From assembly GCA_021816845.1 (NCBI GenBank), contig JAKAWT010000002.1, positions 141,724-205,723 on the forward strand: a stretch of DNA of 64,000 bases. Reading direction: 5' to 3'. The stretch is from a bacterium (lineage in GTDB: Bacteria > Patescibacteriota > Dojkabacteria > JAKAPS01 > JAJZLI01). The translations under genes were made by a program, and so were the position numbers. The notes beneath the pieces are model-generated. The model did not search any database. It saw nothing but the letters and a program-made list of their open reading frames with translations, and was not told the origin of the DNA. Position 1 is the stretch's first letter; every line of letters begins with the position of its first letter. This document shows positions 30,298-40,289 of the stretch, piece by piece.

Positions 30298-31227
30298 TCA
30301 AACCTTAGGGTTTAAACCTTCTATAAAATGCATAGCATCCATTGCTGCTATACAACCAAGACCAGCAGATGATATTGCTTGTTTGTATTTAGGATCAGAT
30401 ACATCGCCTGCAGCAAATACACCAGGGACATTTGTTTTTGTAAACTCATGGACTTTTATGTACCCATTATTATCTGTATCAATAAATTCTCTAAATATCT
30501 CTGTATTAGGTGTATGTCCTATTGCTATGAATACACCTTGTACTTTAATATCATTAATACTATTCGTTTTATTATTCAAAACTTTTACTCCTTCTACAAT
30601 ATTTTCGCCATAAATATCTTGAAGTTCAGAGTTAAATAATATCTCTATTTTAGGATCTTTCAAAACTCTATCTTGCATAATTTTAGATGCTCTAAATTCG
30701 TCTCTTCTGTGAACAAGATATATTTTTTTTACAAATTTTGTGAGAAATAAAGACTCTTCCATTGCACTATCCCCACCCCCAACTACAACTATATCTTTAT
30801 CCTTAAAAAATGGTCCATCACAAGTAGCACAACCAGATACTCCCTTTCCCATCAATCTTGTTTCTCCGTCAAGTCCTAGCCATTTTACAGATGCTCCTGT
30901 AGAAATAATTACTGTTCTAGTCTTAAATTGTTTATCTTCAGTAAAAATGGTAAAGGGTCTATTTGAAAAGTCAACTTTTACTACCGTACCATCTTCAAAT
31001 ATAACACCAGTATTTTCTGCCTGTTTTTGCATTTTTAGCATTAGCTCTGGTCCCAATATGCCATTTTCAAATCCTGGATAGTTTTCAACTAAAGATGTTA
31101 TTGTAAGCTGTCCTCCTGGAGTACTCCCTGATACTAGTATAGGTTTCAAATCAGATCTTGCTGCGTAAATCCCTGCAGTTAATCCTGCAGGTCCAGATCC
31201 TAAAATAACAACGTTTTTAATATCCAT
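30298..31227 (-). CDS. trxB: Thioredoxin-disulfide reductase
   Basis: FAD motif GSGPAGLTAGIY, redox-active CATC (GVSGCATCDGPFF), NADPH motif VVGGGDSAMEE. Confidence 0.9.
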   Translation of the reverse strand: MDIKNVVILGSGPAGLTAGIYAARSDLKPILVSGSTPGGQLTITSLVENYPGFENGILGPELMLKMQKQAENTGVIFEDGTVVKVDFSNRPFTIFTEDKQFKTRTVIISTGASVKWLGLDGETRLMGKGVSGCATCDGPFFKDKDIVVVGGGDSAMEESLFLTKFVKKIYLVHRRDEFRASKIMQDRVLKDPKIEILFNSELQDIYGENIVEGVKVLNNKTNSINDIKVQGVFIAIGHTPNTEIFREFIDTDNNGYIKVHEFTKTNVPGVFAAGDVSDPKYKQAISSAGLGCIAAMDAMHFIEGLNPKV

Positions 31228-31466
31228 AATTAAAAATCTTATAACACATTTATTCTACCATAGTAAGTACATAAAAACGAAATACACTGAAGGTTATATA
31301 CTAATTAATGGTACATTCATATTTTAATAGTATCTTAATGATAGTGAAGATATAAGAACAAGCAGCGCGTTGTAAATATTATTCACTAAAATTAATTTTA
31401 TCTATACAAAAGTATGTATATGAAAATAAAGGATATGAAATTACGGAGAATTATAGATATATTAGT

Positions 31467-31497
31467 AGTAAGGGGGAGCCGAGTTGGGGCTCCCTTC
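31467..31497 (+). other. Isolated GC-rich stem-loop (GGGAGCC-GAGTTGG-GGCTCCC) in divergent promoter region between trxB and the GT-C membrane protein gene
   Basis: 7-bp perfect GC stem in a region that is otherwise more than 75% AT. No adjacent ORF ends here, so it is not an obvious intrinsic terminator. Confidence 0.4.
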
Positions 31498-31554
31498 CAT
31501 TTTCTTGAGTAATCATATAACATTCAGTTGTATTATTCCTATAATTAGTTAGTT

Positions 31555-33060
31555 ATGAATAGATATCTTAAAATATTCCCTTTTTTGTTAACAATACTTT
31601 TAAGACTACCTGCATTTTATGAACCTCATTGGTATGAAGATACAGGTATGTATTCAGCTATAGGTGTGGCTTTAAACCATGGTGCGATATTATATAATAC
31701 TGTATTTGATAATAAAACACCTTTTATTTATTATCTATATGCTTTGTATGAACGTATTCCATTATCTTTGACACTTGTTTATCAATCTGTTTCTTTAGTT
31801 CTTGCTCTACTTACCCAATACTTTATTTTTAAAATAGCTCAACTAAAATTTGGTAATAAAGTGGCATTGATATCATCAATATTGTTTGCTCTACTTATAG
31901 GTAGTGTTTTTTTAGAAGGAACATTAGCTAACGCAGAAAACTATTATATGTTCTTTTCTGTACTATCTATATATATAATTCTGAAGAATGTTCCTGATAT
32001 AAGTTTTCTAAAATTATATATCGCAGGTTTAATTATAGGCCTTGGATTAATGTTCAAAGTGTCAGTTATATTTGATGCATTCTTTATTGTTGTATATTTC
32101 TTCTTCATATTTGATTTTAGAAAATACTTCAAATCGTCATTTTTTTACACCTTAGGTTTGTTCACCCCACTAAGTATTTTTCTAATTTATGAATTTTTTA
32201 CAAATAACCTAGTGAATACTATATATGCGATATTTCTATATAATTTTGGTTATGTTGAAAAAGCAAAACCATTCCTTGGATTATCAATAGTAGAATTTCA
32301 AACTATATTACTTTTTCTAATTCTATTTTTATTTTTTGTATTTTATAAAAAAAGGAAAATTAGAGAAATAAATCTTTTTATATATTTATGGGTTACTGTA
32401 GATCTATACAGTGTATATCTATCAGGAAGACCCTATTTCCATTATCTTCTCCAAATAGCTTTACCACTATGTATTCTACTCTCGTACTATATATACAGGA
32501 TATATCAAGAAAAATGGTATAAAAAAATACTTATTATATTTCTTGTTAGTATATCTATATATCTTGGAGAACTATATTTTTTTAGATCAGAGCTCTCATG
32601 GCAAATATTTCAACAACTACAGTTTAAATATGACTATTATCCTAATTCTTATGCATATATGTTAGGTCGAGAGAAGAGTTCACAGTATAACTCTATTTTT
32701 ATATATAATACCAATGTTATATTTGAGAAAACTGAACAAAATGCAAATATAGTATATCAAATTGCCGATACATTAAAATCACTAAATGTTCAAGGTAAGA
32801 GAATATTTATAATGGGTAATTTTCCTTGGGATTACTATATGACAAAATCTATCCCTGGTGAAAAATACGTAGTAGATTTCCAGATAATAGGAAAGAAAAG
32901 ACAAAATACTGTTATGTCAGAAATACAAAAGAACAAACCATATCTTATACTCTATTATAACGATAGTTATGGATTTTCTGGATTAACAAACTTTATTAAT
33001 AGGTACTACAGATTAGCAAAAATCTCTAAGGGAGCCTACTTTTATGTAATTAAAAGTTAG
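31555..33060 (+). CDS. Polytopic GT-C-type membrane glycosyltransferase (GT39/GT83/ArnT-like)
   Basis: 501 aa, more than 10 TMs. Acidic first-loop motif (HWYEDTG) reminiscent of the GT-C DxD/ExD loop. Confidence 0.4.
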   Translation: MNRYLKIFPFLLTILLRLPAFYEPHWYEDTGMYSAIGVALNHGAILYNTVFDNKTPFIYYLYALYERIPLSLTLVYQSVSLVLALLTQYFIFKIAQLKFGNKVALISSILFALLIGSVFLEGTLANAENYYMFFSVLSIYIILKNVPDISFLKLYIAGLIIGLGLMFKVSVIFDAFFIVVYFFFIFDFRKYFKSSFFYTLGLFTPLSIFLIYEFFTNNLVNTIYAIFLYNFGYVEKAKPFLGLSIVEFQTILLFLILFLFFVFYKKRKIREINLFIYLWVTVDLYSVYLSGRPYFHYLLQIALPLCILLSYYIYRIYQEKWYKKILIIFLVSISIYLGELYFFRSELSWQIFQQLQFKYDYYPNSYAYMLGREKSSQYNSIFIYNTNVIFEKTEQNANIVYQIADTLKSLNVQGKRIFIMGNFPWDYYMTKSIPGEKYVVDFQIIGKKRQNTVMSEIQKNKPYLILYYNDSYGFSGLTNFINRYYRLAKISKGAYFYVIKS

Positions 33061-33092
33061 ATCTATGAAGTTTAGATTAACAGAGTTACAAC

Positions 33093-34631
33093 TCAAGGTA
33101 TACTTGCTGTTGTAGAATTTAATGTTGGATAAGTTGGTGTAGGAAAATTTACAATTGGTAGATTATTATTTTGTATGTAGTCCATAATAAGCCTATGTGC
33201 CATAGGTCCAGTTTGGAATGCTCCTACTGCATATTGTGACATTAATGAATCATTTATATTTCCTGCCCATACCCCAACTGAAAGTTGTGGTATAAACATA
33301 TAATCTGTAATATCTCTAGGTCCATTTGATGTACCATCTTTAGATCCATATGGTCTTCCTTGAACAGAATAGTAATAGGTGTGTGATCCATATAGAGGTT
33401 CTTTTAATGCTGTATCACCAAGTACTGCGTCCATCTCTGCAACAGCGTTAGCATCTAATATCCTATTTTTTGGAGGATTAGTATTATTTAGGATTGTTTG
33501 ATTGTTATATACAATTTTAATAAAGGGTGTTGATTGAGCATAATAGCCTCCATTATCAAGAGCATTATATGCTCCAACCATTCTAACCAATGGTACCCCT
33601 GCAGCACCTAGTACTAAAGGTAATCCTACATATACTTTTGGATTTAGTTGTATTCCTTCCTTTATAAGTGTATTGAACCCGTTTTGATAACCTATCCTTG
33701 CAAGCATTTTAATTGCTGGGATATTAATAGATTGATTTATTGCTCTGTCTATAGAAACCCATCCAACAGTGTATCCTTCATAGTCTGTAGGACAATAATT
33801 ACCATAACATATAGGTGAATCATCAATCATTGTCTGAGGAGAGTACCCCATTTCAAATGCTTTAACATAAATTAATGGTTTCATAGCTGATCCCTGTTGC
33901 CTTGGTACATCTGCCATATTAAGGTAAGCTCCATAATTAGGACCTCCTATCATTGCAAGCACATATCCATTTGTTGGGTTATCTGCTACCAACGCTGCTG
34001 AATCAGCTCCTATTGGAACATCATATTTTTGAAAATCACTTGTTACTATTTGTTGAGCAAGTGTATTCAAGGTTGGGTCTACTGTGGTGTACACTTGTAA
34101 TCCACCTAGAAGAAGATATTTTTGATAATTTTGATATAGTTTATGAATTACATATTCTGTAAAATATGGTGTGTGAAGAATACTAAAATACGGAGTATTA
34201 GTATTTTGATTTGCTAGTGCTATATCATTTTTCGTTATTGCACCCCCATTATATAAAAACTGCATAAAGTCATTTTTTGCTTTCATAGCTAAAGATAACG
34301 TATCTGGATTTGATGAATATGGAGGAATATTTATAAGATGATAAAGTATAGAATCTCCTGCATATGCTGAAGGATTAGAAACATATTGATATGCTTTCAT
34401 TTCTGGCCCATATATTTTACCTATAATCTCATTGTTAGATGCATATATTGTAGTCGCAGCTTTTGGTGGAGATAAACTTTCTACTGGGTTAAATCCATTA
34501 AATGAGGTAAATTGTATAGCTGGGCCAGTAACCGTTTTAAACAGTGTATAAATTATACTAGCAAGTAAAAATATTAATGGTACTGCTATAAATTTAATTG
34601 TTGATTTTAGAATTTTACTTTTCAATTCCAT
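33093..34631 (-). CDS. Penicillin-binding-protein-like transpeptidase with degenerate N-terminal glycosyltransferase-like region
   Basis: N-terminal TM. Transpeptidase motifs SAMK (SxxK), SIN (SxN) and KDGT (KTG-like). Alignable to class A PBPs (TVDPTLNTLAQ; AALVADNPTNGYVLAMIGG), but GT51 motifs (EDxxFxxHxG, RKxxE) are not recognisable. Confidence 0.6.
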   Translation of the reverse strand: MELKSKILKSTIKFIAVPLIFLLASIIYTLFKTVTGPAIQFTSFNGFNPVESLSPPKAATTIYASNNEIIGKIYGPEMKAYQYVSNPSAYAGDSILYHLINIPPYSSNPDTLSLAMKAKNDFMQFLYNGGAITKNDIALANQNTNTPYFSILHTPYFTEYVIHKLYQNYQKYLLLGGLQVYTTVDPTLNTLAQQIVTSDFQKYDVPIGADSAALVADNPTNGYVLAMIGGPNYGAYLNMADVPRQQGSAMKPLIYVKAFEMGYSPQTMIDDSPICYGNYCPTDYEGYTVGWVSIDRAINQSINIPAIKMLARIGYQNGFNTLIKEGIQLNPKVYVGLPLVLGAAGVPLVRMVGAYNALDNGGYYAQSTPFIKIVYNNQTILNNTNPPKNRILDANAVAEMDAVLGDTALKEPLYGSHTYYYSVQGRPYGSKDGTSNGPRDITDYMFIPQLSVGVWAGNINDSLMSQYAVGAFQTGPMAHRLIMDYIQNNNLPIVNFPTPTYPTLNSTTASIP

Positions 34632-34635
34632 ATAT

Positions 34636-34908
34636 TTAATTATCTAAATCTTGATCTAGATCCGGATATAGGTCCACTTCTTCTAATTCTTTATTTATAA
34701 GAGTAATTTTATTTTTTGTACTATTCAAATACTTAATACATTCCTTATATAGTTTTGTTCCTTCTTCTATTTTTTTTATTTGATCTTCAATTGTTAATTC
34801 ATCATTTTCAAGTTCTTGTATTATACTTTCGAATCTTTCATATTTTTTAGAGAAGCTTATTTCAGAATTTTCTTTATTTTTTATATTATTGATATTTTTT
34901 TTAGCCAT
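34636..34908 (-). CDS. xseB: Exodeoxyribonuclease VII small subunit
   Basis: 90 aa coiled-coil protein (FSKKYERFESIIQELENDELTIEDQIKKIEEGTKLYKEC). Overlaps the xseA stop by 8 nt. Confidence 0.7.
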   Translation of the reverse strand: MAKKNINNIKNKENSEISFSKKYERFESIIQELENDELTIEDQIKKIEEGTKLYKECIKYLNSTKNKITLINKELEEVDLYPDLDQDLDN

Positions 34909-36187
34909 TACCTTTCTTATCCAAAATATTACTTTCTAGTTCTCCTTTAGCAAGTTTAACTTTTACTATGTCTCCAATCTCGATATCTACGATAGATTTT
35001 ATTATTTTATCATCCTTATATACAATAGAATATCCTTTATCTAAGATATATAATGGGTTTATAGAATTGAGTATTGTAATTTTATTATTAATCAAATCAA
35101 TCTTATTGTCAATCATATTTTTCACATTTATAAATTGTATTCTGATTTTATTTTTCATATCTATTCTAATATTATATAAGGAATTTACTTTATCCTTCAA
35201 AAAGTAAGAAGATTCTTTCAGATATTGTATTTTTTCATTAATAGAATATTCTATATTACTTTTTGAACGCAACATTAAATTTTCTATTAGAGTGTATTGA
35301 CCTACTATTTGAGAATTAGATTTTGCTATTTCTGTTTGTATACATTTTTTTAGATACAGAGCAATATCATCTTTTTGCGGGGCTAGAATATTTGCTGCAT
35401 CTGTAGGTGTTATAGCATGTACATCTGATACTAGATCAGAGATAGAAATATTTCCTTCATGTCCCACTGCCGATACTATGACTTTTTTAGATTTATATAT
35501 ACTATCTGCTAGAAGTTCAGAATTAAATGGCATCAGATCTTCTATTGATCCCCCACCTCTAGTTATAACTATTACTTCTATATTTTTCATTTTTTCAAAA
35601 TATTCTATTCCTTGAATTATTTCCTTCACCGCTGTATCCCCTTGGACTTTTACATCATAAAGGTAAATGTGAGTTACAGGGAACCTTTTTTTATATGTAT
35701 TTAGAAAATCTCTATATGCCATTGAATGTTTGTCCAAGGATGTTACCACCCCTATTTCTAGAGGGAATCTTGGTGGTTGTTTTTTTCTATCATCACTAAA
35801 ATATCCCTTATTTAAAAGTTTAACTTTCAATTGTTCTATTTTTTGATAGATGTCTCCATCACCTATTATTTTTATATCTTCCAGTACAAGTTGAAAGGTT
35901 GCTCTCTTTTCAAACAAAGATAATGTTCCTTTAACTATAATCTCAGATCCTTCTTTCATGGAGTCTCTATATTTTAATACCTTCTGTCCAAAGTCTACAC
36001 ACCTTATAGAAGATGTTTCATCTTTAAGTGTGATAAATACCCAGTTTTCTTTAGTTATAGTTAATTCTGCAATTTCTCCTTGAATAAAAATACTACTGAA
36101 ATTTTCTCTTAAGTGTTTGGATACAAATTTATTTATTTGACTAACTGTAAAAATGTCTTCTTCAAACATGATTGTTATTACTTTCAA
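34901..36187 (-). CDS. xseA: Exodeoxyribonuclease VII large subunit
   Basis: N-terminal OB fold (IFIQGEIAELTITKENWVFITLKDETSSIRC), central catalytic region (VITRGGGSIEDL), C-terminal coiled coil. Likely start MFEEDIF at 36166. Confidence 0.8.
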   Translation of the reverse strand: MKVITIMFEEDIFTVSQINKFVSKHLRENFSSIFIQGEIAELTITKENWVFITLKDETSSIRCVDFGQKVLKYRDSMKEGSEIIVKGTLSLFEKRATFQLVLEDIKIIGDGDIYQKIEQLKVKLLNKGYFSDDRKKQPPRFPLEIGVVTSLDKHSMAYRDFLNTYKKRFPVTHIYLYDVKVQGDTAVKEIIQGIEYFEKMKNIEVIVITRGGGSIEDLMPFNSELLADSIYKSKKVIVSAVGHEGNISISDLVSDVHAITPTDAANILAPQKDDIALYLKKCIQTEIAKSNSQIVGQYTLIENLMLRSKSNIEYSINEKIQYLKESSYFLKDKVNSLYNIRIDMKNKIRIQFINVKNMIDNKIDLINNKITILNSINPLYILDKGYSIVYKDDKIIKSIVDIEIGDIVKVKLAKGELESNILDKKGNG

Positions 36188-36512
36188 GATATTCTTTTAG
36201 TGCTAATGCATTATTATACTCTGATGATGATGAATAGATTAAAATAATATCTTTATCCTCACTAAGGTCTATGATTTTATCTATATTACCTTTATTATTA
36301 TGTAGTTCTGTAAAATATTTTTTTCTAAACTCATCCCATTTTAAAGGATCATGATTAAACCAAACTCTTAGTCCATCTGATGGAGCTATCTCTTTTAACC
36401 ATAAATCGACTTTTAAATCCTTTTTCTTGACACCCCTTGGCCAAAATCTCTCTACAAGTATCCTGTAGCCACTAGTATTTATTCTATCATAAGCTCTATT
36501 TAGCATGATCAT
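36162..36512 (-). CDS. DUF488 (YeaO-like) family protein
   Basis: LVERFWPRGVKKKDLKVDLWLKEIAPSDGLRVWFNHDPLKWDEF matches the DUF488 signature (WPRG...W...APS..LR.WF.HDP). Confidence 0.6.
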   Translation of the reverse strand: MIMLNRAYDRINTSGYRILVERFWPRGVKKKDLKVDLWLKEIAPSDGLRVWFNHDPLKWDEFRKKYFTELHNNKGNIDKIIDLSEDKDIILIYSSSSEYNNALALKEYLESNNNHV

Positions 36513-38182
36513 TAATTTAATATTTTTGTTTGATATAAATTTTGTATTATAAAACCACGTTTCTTGTAATATTCTCTTGTCCCAATTCCAGATATAACTG
36601 ATAAACGATCAAATCCATTATCTTTTGCAATCTTCTCAGCTTTAATTAACAACTTTGTACCAATACCTAAATGTTGGGCTGATTTCTCTAAATCTTGATT
36701 AGATATATCATGAATTCCTAATGCTTGCCCGTATACATGTACTTCTCTTATTATTGCACTATTATTTAATTCATCCAGATAATGACCTTTATCTTTAGGT
36801 ATAGATAATCTTAAAAATCCTAAGAGTTTAGATCCAGGTCTAGATTCGGATGACTTATCGATTGTATTATAGGATAAGAATTTTTCAAAAGTTTTTGTTG
36901 TTTCATATTCATATACATCATATGTAACATCTCCTATATTACTATCTTTTATTTCTCGACAACGTATGCACTCACATTTTAAACCTTTTTCTTTCATTCT
37001 CTGTTGGACAATTTGTCTTAAGTTTGTTTTTTTATTACCATCCATTATGTATGTTGATGGAATATCTCTAATAATTCTATTTATTCTGGAGTATTTTTTA
37101 ACTTGGGATTTTGCATGGATTAGAATGTCTATTAATTCTTCCTCAGAGTATGGTTGGTATTTTTTTGATTTCCAATAGTCATATAATTCTGCTGTCTCAA
37201 TTATTGAGCAAGGATATATCTTTATTTCATCTGGCATATATGATTTATCTTTATATATGGTTTCAATATCTAATTTATCTATATCAGAGATTGATCCATA
37301 TAAATTTGGCATCCAATGTATCTGTATTTTAAATCCAAAACTACGTAATATGTCTATAGCATTCTTTTGATCTTTGGATGTCTCTCCTCGTTTATTGATT
37401 TCTAATATTCTATCATTTGTACTTTGTATTCCAAGTTGTATTTTGGTAGCACCAAGTTCTCTTAAATGCTTTGCCTCAGGATTACTTATCCTATCTGGTC
37501 TTGTCTCTAATGTTATTCCTATACACCTATATTTAGAGTTTTGATTAATTTCTTGTGCACTCTTAAGCATCCTTATATTCCAATCTGCTGGTGGATCTAT
37601 CTCATCTTGGTGAGTGTCAAAATTAACAACATTCTTTGTATATTTTGCTGTTCTATATTTATATTTAAATTCATTCATTGCATCTAGACATCTTTTTATA
37701 AACCATTCCTGGTATATTCTTGGGTATACAGACCATGTTCCACCTAAAACTAAGAGTTCTATTTTTTCAGTTTTGTGCCCTATATTTTGTAAAGCTTGAA
37801 TTCTATTTTTAACTTGAAGATAAGGATCAAATTTATTCATTAGTGCTCTTTGAGCACCTGGTTCACGTGATAAATAACTTTTTGGCATCATCACGTCATC
37901 TGGACAAAAAATACATTTTCCTGGACATGGAAAAGGTTTAGTTAATACTGTTATAGGTACTACTCCAGATATTGTCCTTATAGGTTTCATTTGAATTTTT
38001 TGGATTAGAGAGTAATCCTCTTTAATATTTCTATCTTTACATAATTTTTTATATAGAGTTATGACTCTACTTTGTGATAAATTATGCTCTCTAAGTAGTG
38101 TCCTTATATTAACTTCTGGGTTATCAAGAAGTGTTTCTATTATATCCTGGTTTGAAAAATTTAAAGGTAAAGGCTGTGACAT
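36512..38182 (-). CDS. elp3: Elp3-like radical SAM / GNAT acetyltransferase (tRNA wobble uridine modification family)
   Basis: Radical SAM cluster motif CPGKCIFCP (Cx4Cx2C) in the N-terminal half. C-terminal GNAT domain (HQGLGTKLLIKAEKIAKDNGFDRLSVISGIGTREYYKKRGF). 556 aa as in archaeal/bacterial Elp3. Confidence 0.8.
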   Translation of the reverse strand: MSQPLPLNFSNQDIIETLLDNPEVNIRTLLREHNLSQSRVITLYKKLCKDRNIKEDYSLIQKIQMKPIRTISGVVPITVLTKPFPCPGKCIFCPDDVMMPKSYLSREPGAQRALMNKFDPYLQVKNRIQALQNIGHKTEKIELLVLGGTWSVYPRIYQEWFIKRCLDAMNEFKYKYRTAKYTKNVVNFDTHQDEIDPPADWNIRMLKSAQEINQNSKYRCIGITLETRPDRISNPEAKHLRELGATKIQLGIQSTNDRILEINKRGETSKDQKNAIDILRSFGFKIQIHWMPNLYGSISDIDKLDIETIYKDKSYMPDEIKIYPCSIIETAELYDYWKSKKYQPYSEEELIDILIHAKSQVKKYSRINRIIRDIPSTYIMDGNKKTNLRQIVQQRMKEKGLKCECIRCREIKDSNIGDVTYDVYEYETTKTFEKFLSYNTIDKSSESRPGSKLLGFLRLSIPKDKGHYLDELNNSAIIREVHVYGQALGIHDISNQDLEKSAQHLGIGTKLLIKAEKIAKDNGFDRLSVISGIGTREYYKKRGFIIQNLYQTKILN

Positions 38183-38236
38183 ATTAGTATCTAATAAATG
38201 TTTTTTTGCTGATGTATAATTATATCATATATAAAA

Positions 38237-38872
38237 ATGCATCTTATGAATGAACATACGCTACTTAAAATTAATAAGGATTTTTATAGGAACTATGCTG
38301 AATCATTTAATAAATCTCGCAAAAATATCTGGAGTGAATTTGATGTAATTCTAAAATATATAAATTCTGATGATTACATTTTAGATGTAGGTTGTGGAAA
38401 TGGAAGATTCTCTAAATTTTTTAATAAGGATAAATATATAGGAATTGATTTTTCTACACCACTACTTAAAAAAGCAAAAACATATAATCCTTTATATAGA
38501 TATATTAATGCTGATATAACAAAACAGGGTTGGGAGGAAAAAATAAATAGTAAATTTGATGTTGTGATACTTATTGCTGTTCTCCACCATATTCCATCAT
38601 ATAAATTGCGAATTGAAGTACTTGAGGGGGTAAAGACAATTTTGAATAAAAATGCTATAATAGTAATATCTTTGTGGCATTTTCAAAAAAACAGTTCTAA
38701 ATTTAGAAATATAGGTGATAATAATTACCTGGTATCATGGAATAAAGAGACATATAGATATGTATGCTATATTGAAGATTGTGAAATTGAAGAATATATT
38801 AAAATTTTAAAATTAAAAGTACTTCACAAATTTAATGCAAGAGATAATATTTATTATATATTGAGAACATAA
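38237..38872 (+). CDS. Class I SAM-dependent methyltransferase
   Basis: Motif I ILDVGCGNGRFS; Rossmann-fold length 211 aa. Confidence 0.7.
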   Translation: MHLMNEHTLLKINKDFYRNYAESFNKSRKNIWSEFDVILKYINSDDYILDVGCGNGRFSKFFNKDKYIGIDFSTPLLKKAKTYNPLYRYINADITKQGWEEKINSKFDVVILIAVLHHIPSYKLRIEVLEGVKTILNKNAIIVISLWHFQKNSSKFRNIGDNNYLVSWNKETYRYVCYIEDCEIEEYIKILKLKVLHKFNARDNIYYILRT

Positions 38873-38886
38873 AGGATCTAGATCCA

Positions 38887-39804
38887 ATGATAGTAAAAAT
38901 TTCAAAAAATAAAAAAGTAATAAGTTCATTCTTTCTATTTATATTAATAATTATTATAGTTATATTGTCATTCTCCAAATTATTAGCATATTTAAAATTT
39001 CCTGCAACATTGCATGATATTGCCCTTGCTATAGTTGTATTCTTGATTGGATATTTTATTATCAATTTTATAGATGAAAGGATTATTAAATCTATAGAAA
39101 AGTATTCAAGAAGGAAGCAAGTTAATATGTTAAGTTTTATTTTTCTTATAGTCTCTTATATTGTTTTAATAATTGTTGTTCTTGATATATTAAATATAAA
39201 TATAACAAATATACTTTTAGGGGGTGCTTTTTTGGGTGTAATATTGGCTGTTGCCTCTCAATCCATGCTATCGAATCTATTTGGAGGTATTATTATATTA
39301 TTATTTAGACAATTTGATCCAGGAGATAAAATTAAAATTACTACATGGCAGTTTAGCTTTTTACTCCCAGCTTACCCTAATAAATTCTTTTCTAAAGATT
39401 TAGTACTACCTGGCTATGTAGGCACAATAGATACTACTGGATTTTTCTATACTACTTTTATAGGTGATGATGGAATTCCTTTTAAAATTCCTAATAGTAT
39501 ATTAATACAAGCATCTATTTTAAAATTAGATGATATAAAATATTTAAACGTACAGATTAAATATGAAATAAAAAAAGAACTGTCTTTTACAAAAGCTAGA
39601 AATATAATAAAAGATGTAATAGAAAAAACTAAGAAAGATCACGGTTTTGAAGTAAATAACTTTGACATCTATATAGATGAAACCTCACTTATAACATATG
39701 TTGTTGTAATAAAGATCAATGTACAAAATATTGAATCAGATTTCAGTATAAAGACTACTGTACTAGAAATGCTTATTGATAAAATAGATTCCAACTATTC
39801 CTAG
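38887..39804 (+). CDS. mscS: Small-conductance mechanosensitive channel (MscS family)
   Basis: Three N-terminal TMs, pore helix LGGAFLGVILAVASQSMLSNLFGGIIILLFRQFDPGDKI typical of MscS TM3, then beta-domain. Confidence 0.75.
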   Translation: MIVKISKNKKVISSFFLFILIIIIVILSFSKLLAYLKFPATLHDIALAIVVFLIGYFIINFIDERIIKSIEKYSRRKQVNMLSFIFLIVSYIVLIIVVLDILNINITNILLGGAFLGVILAVASQSMLSNLFGGIIILLFRQFDPGDKIKITTWQFSFLLPAYPNKFFSKDLVLPGYVGTIDTTGFFYTTFIGDDGIPFKIPNSILIQASILKLDDIKYLNVQIKYEIKKELSFTKARNIIKDVIEKTKKDHGFEVNNFDIYIDETSLITYVVVIKINVQNIESDFSIKTTVLEMLIDKIDSNYS

Positions 39805-39860
39805 ATATTACATAATTAAAGTCATTTGGTAAATTATATAGGTTATGATATAATTGCTTT

Positions 39861-40274
39861 ATGGAGATGGAAGAATTTGTTACAACTGAGGGAATAGTGG
39901 TTTTATCTACAGAACTAGGCAGATATGAGTGTCTATATGATGAATTTGGTAAGATTAGAAAAAAAACATATATTGTACCAGATGGAGAAAAGAGGGAGTA
40001 TCATTTTGATATTTTTGGTAAACTTATAAAAGAAGTATCTGTTTCTTCTAGTGGACAACAAAGTATATCTGAGTATATACATGATGATAAAGGCAAATTG
40101 ATAGCTAAAGTTAACCATCTAAATGGTAGAGAGTATAAATATATATATGATGAAAATGGGCGTCCTATAGGAGCTATGTATACTGATAAAAATAAACATA
40201 GGACACTAACAGAATACATATATAATGATGAAGGAATATGTATAAATAGGGTTAGGACACCTATAATAAAATAA
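39861..40274 (+). CDS. Small cytoplasmic YD-repeat protein, paralog 1
   Basis: Repeated YxYDxxG(R/K) units (SEYIHDDKGKLIAKV; YKYIYDENGRPIGAMY; TEYIYNDEGICINRV). No signal peptide; 137 aa. Confidence 0.5.
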   Translation: MEMEEFVTTEGIVVLSTELGRYECLYDEFGKIRKKTYIVPDGEKREYHFDIFGKLIKEVSVSSSGQQSISEYIHDDKGKLIAKVNHLNGREYKYIYDENGRPIGAMYTDKNKHRTLTEYIYNDEGICINRVRTPIIK

Positions 40275-40289
40275 ATGTTATAAAGTTAA

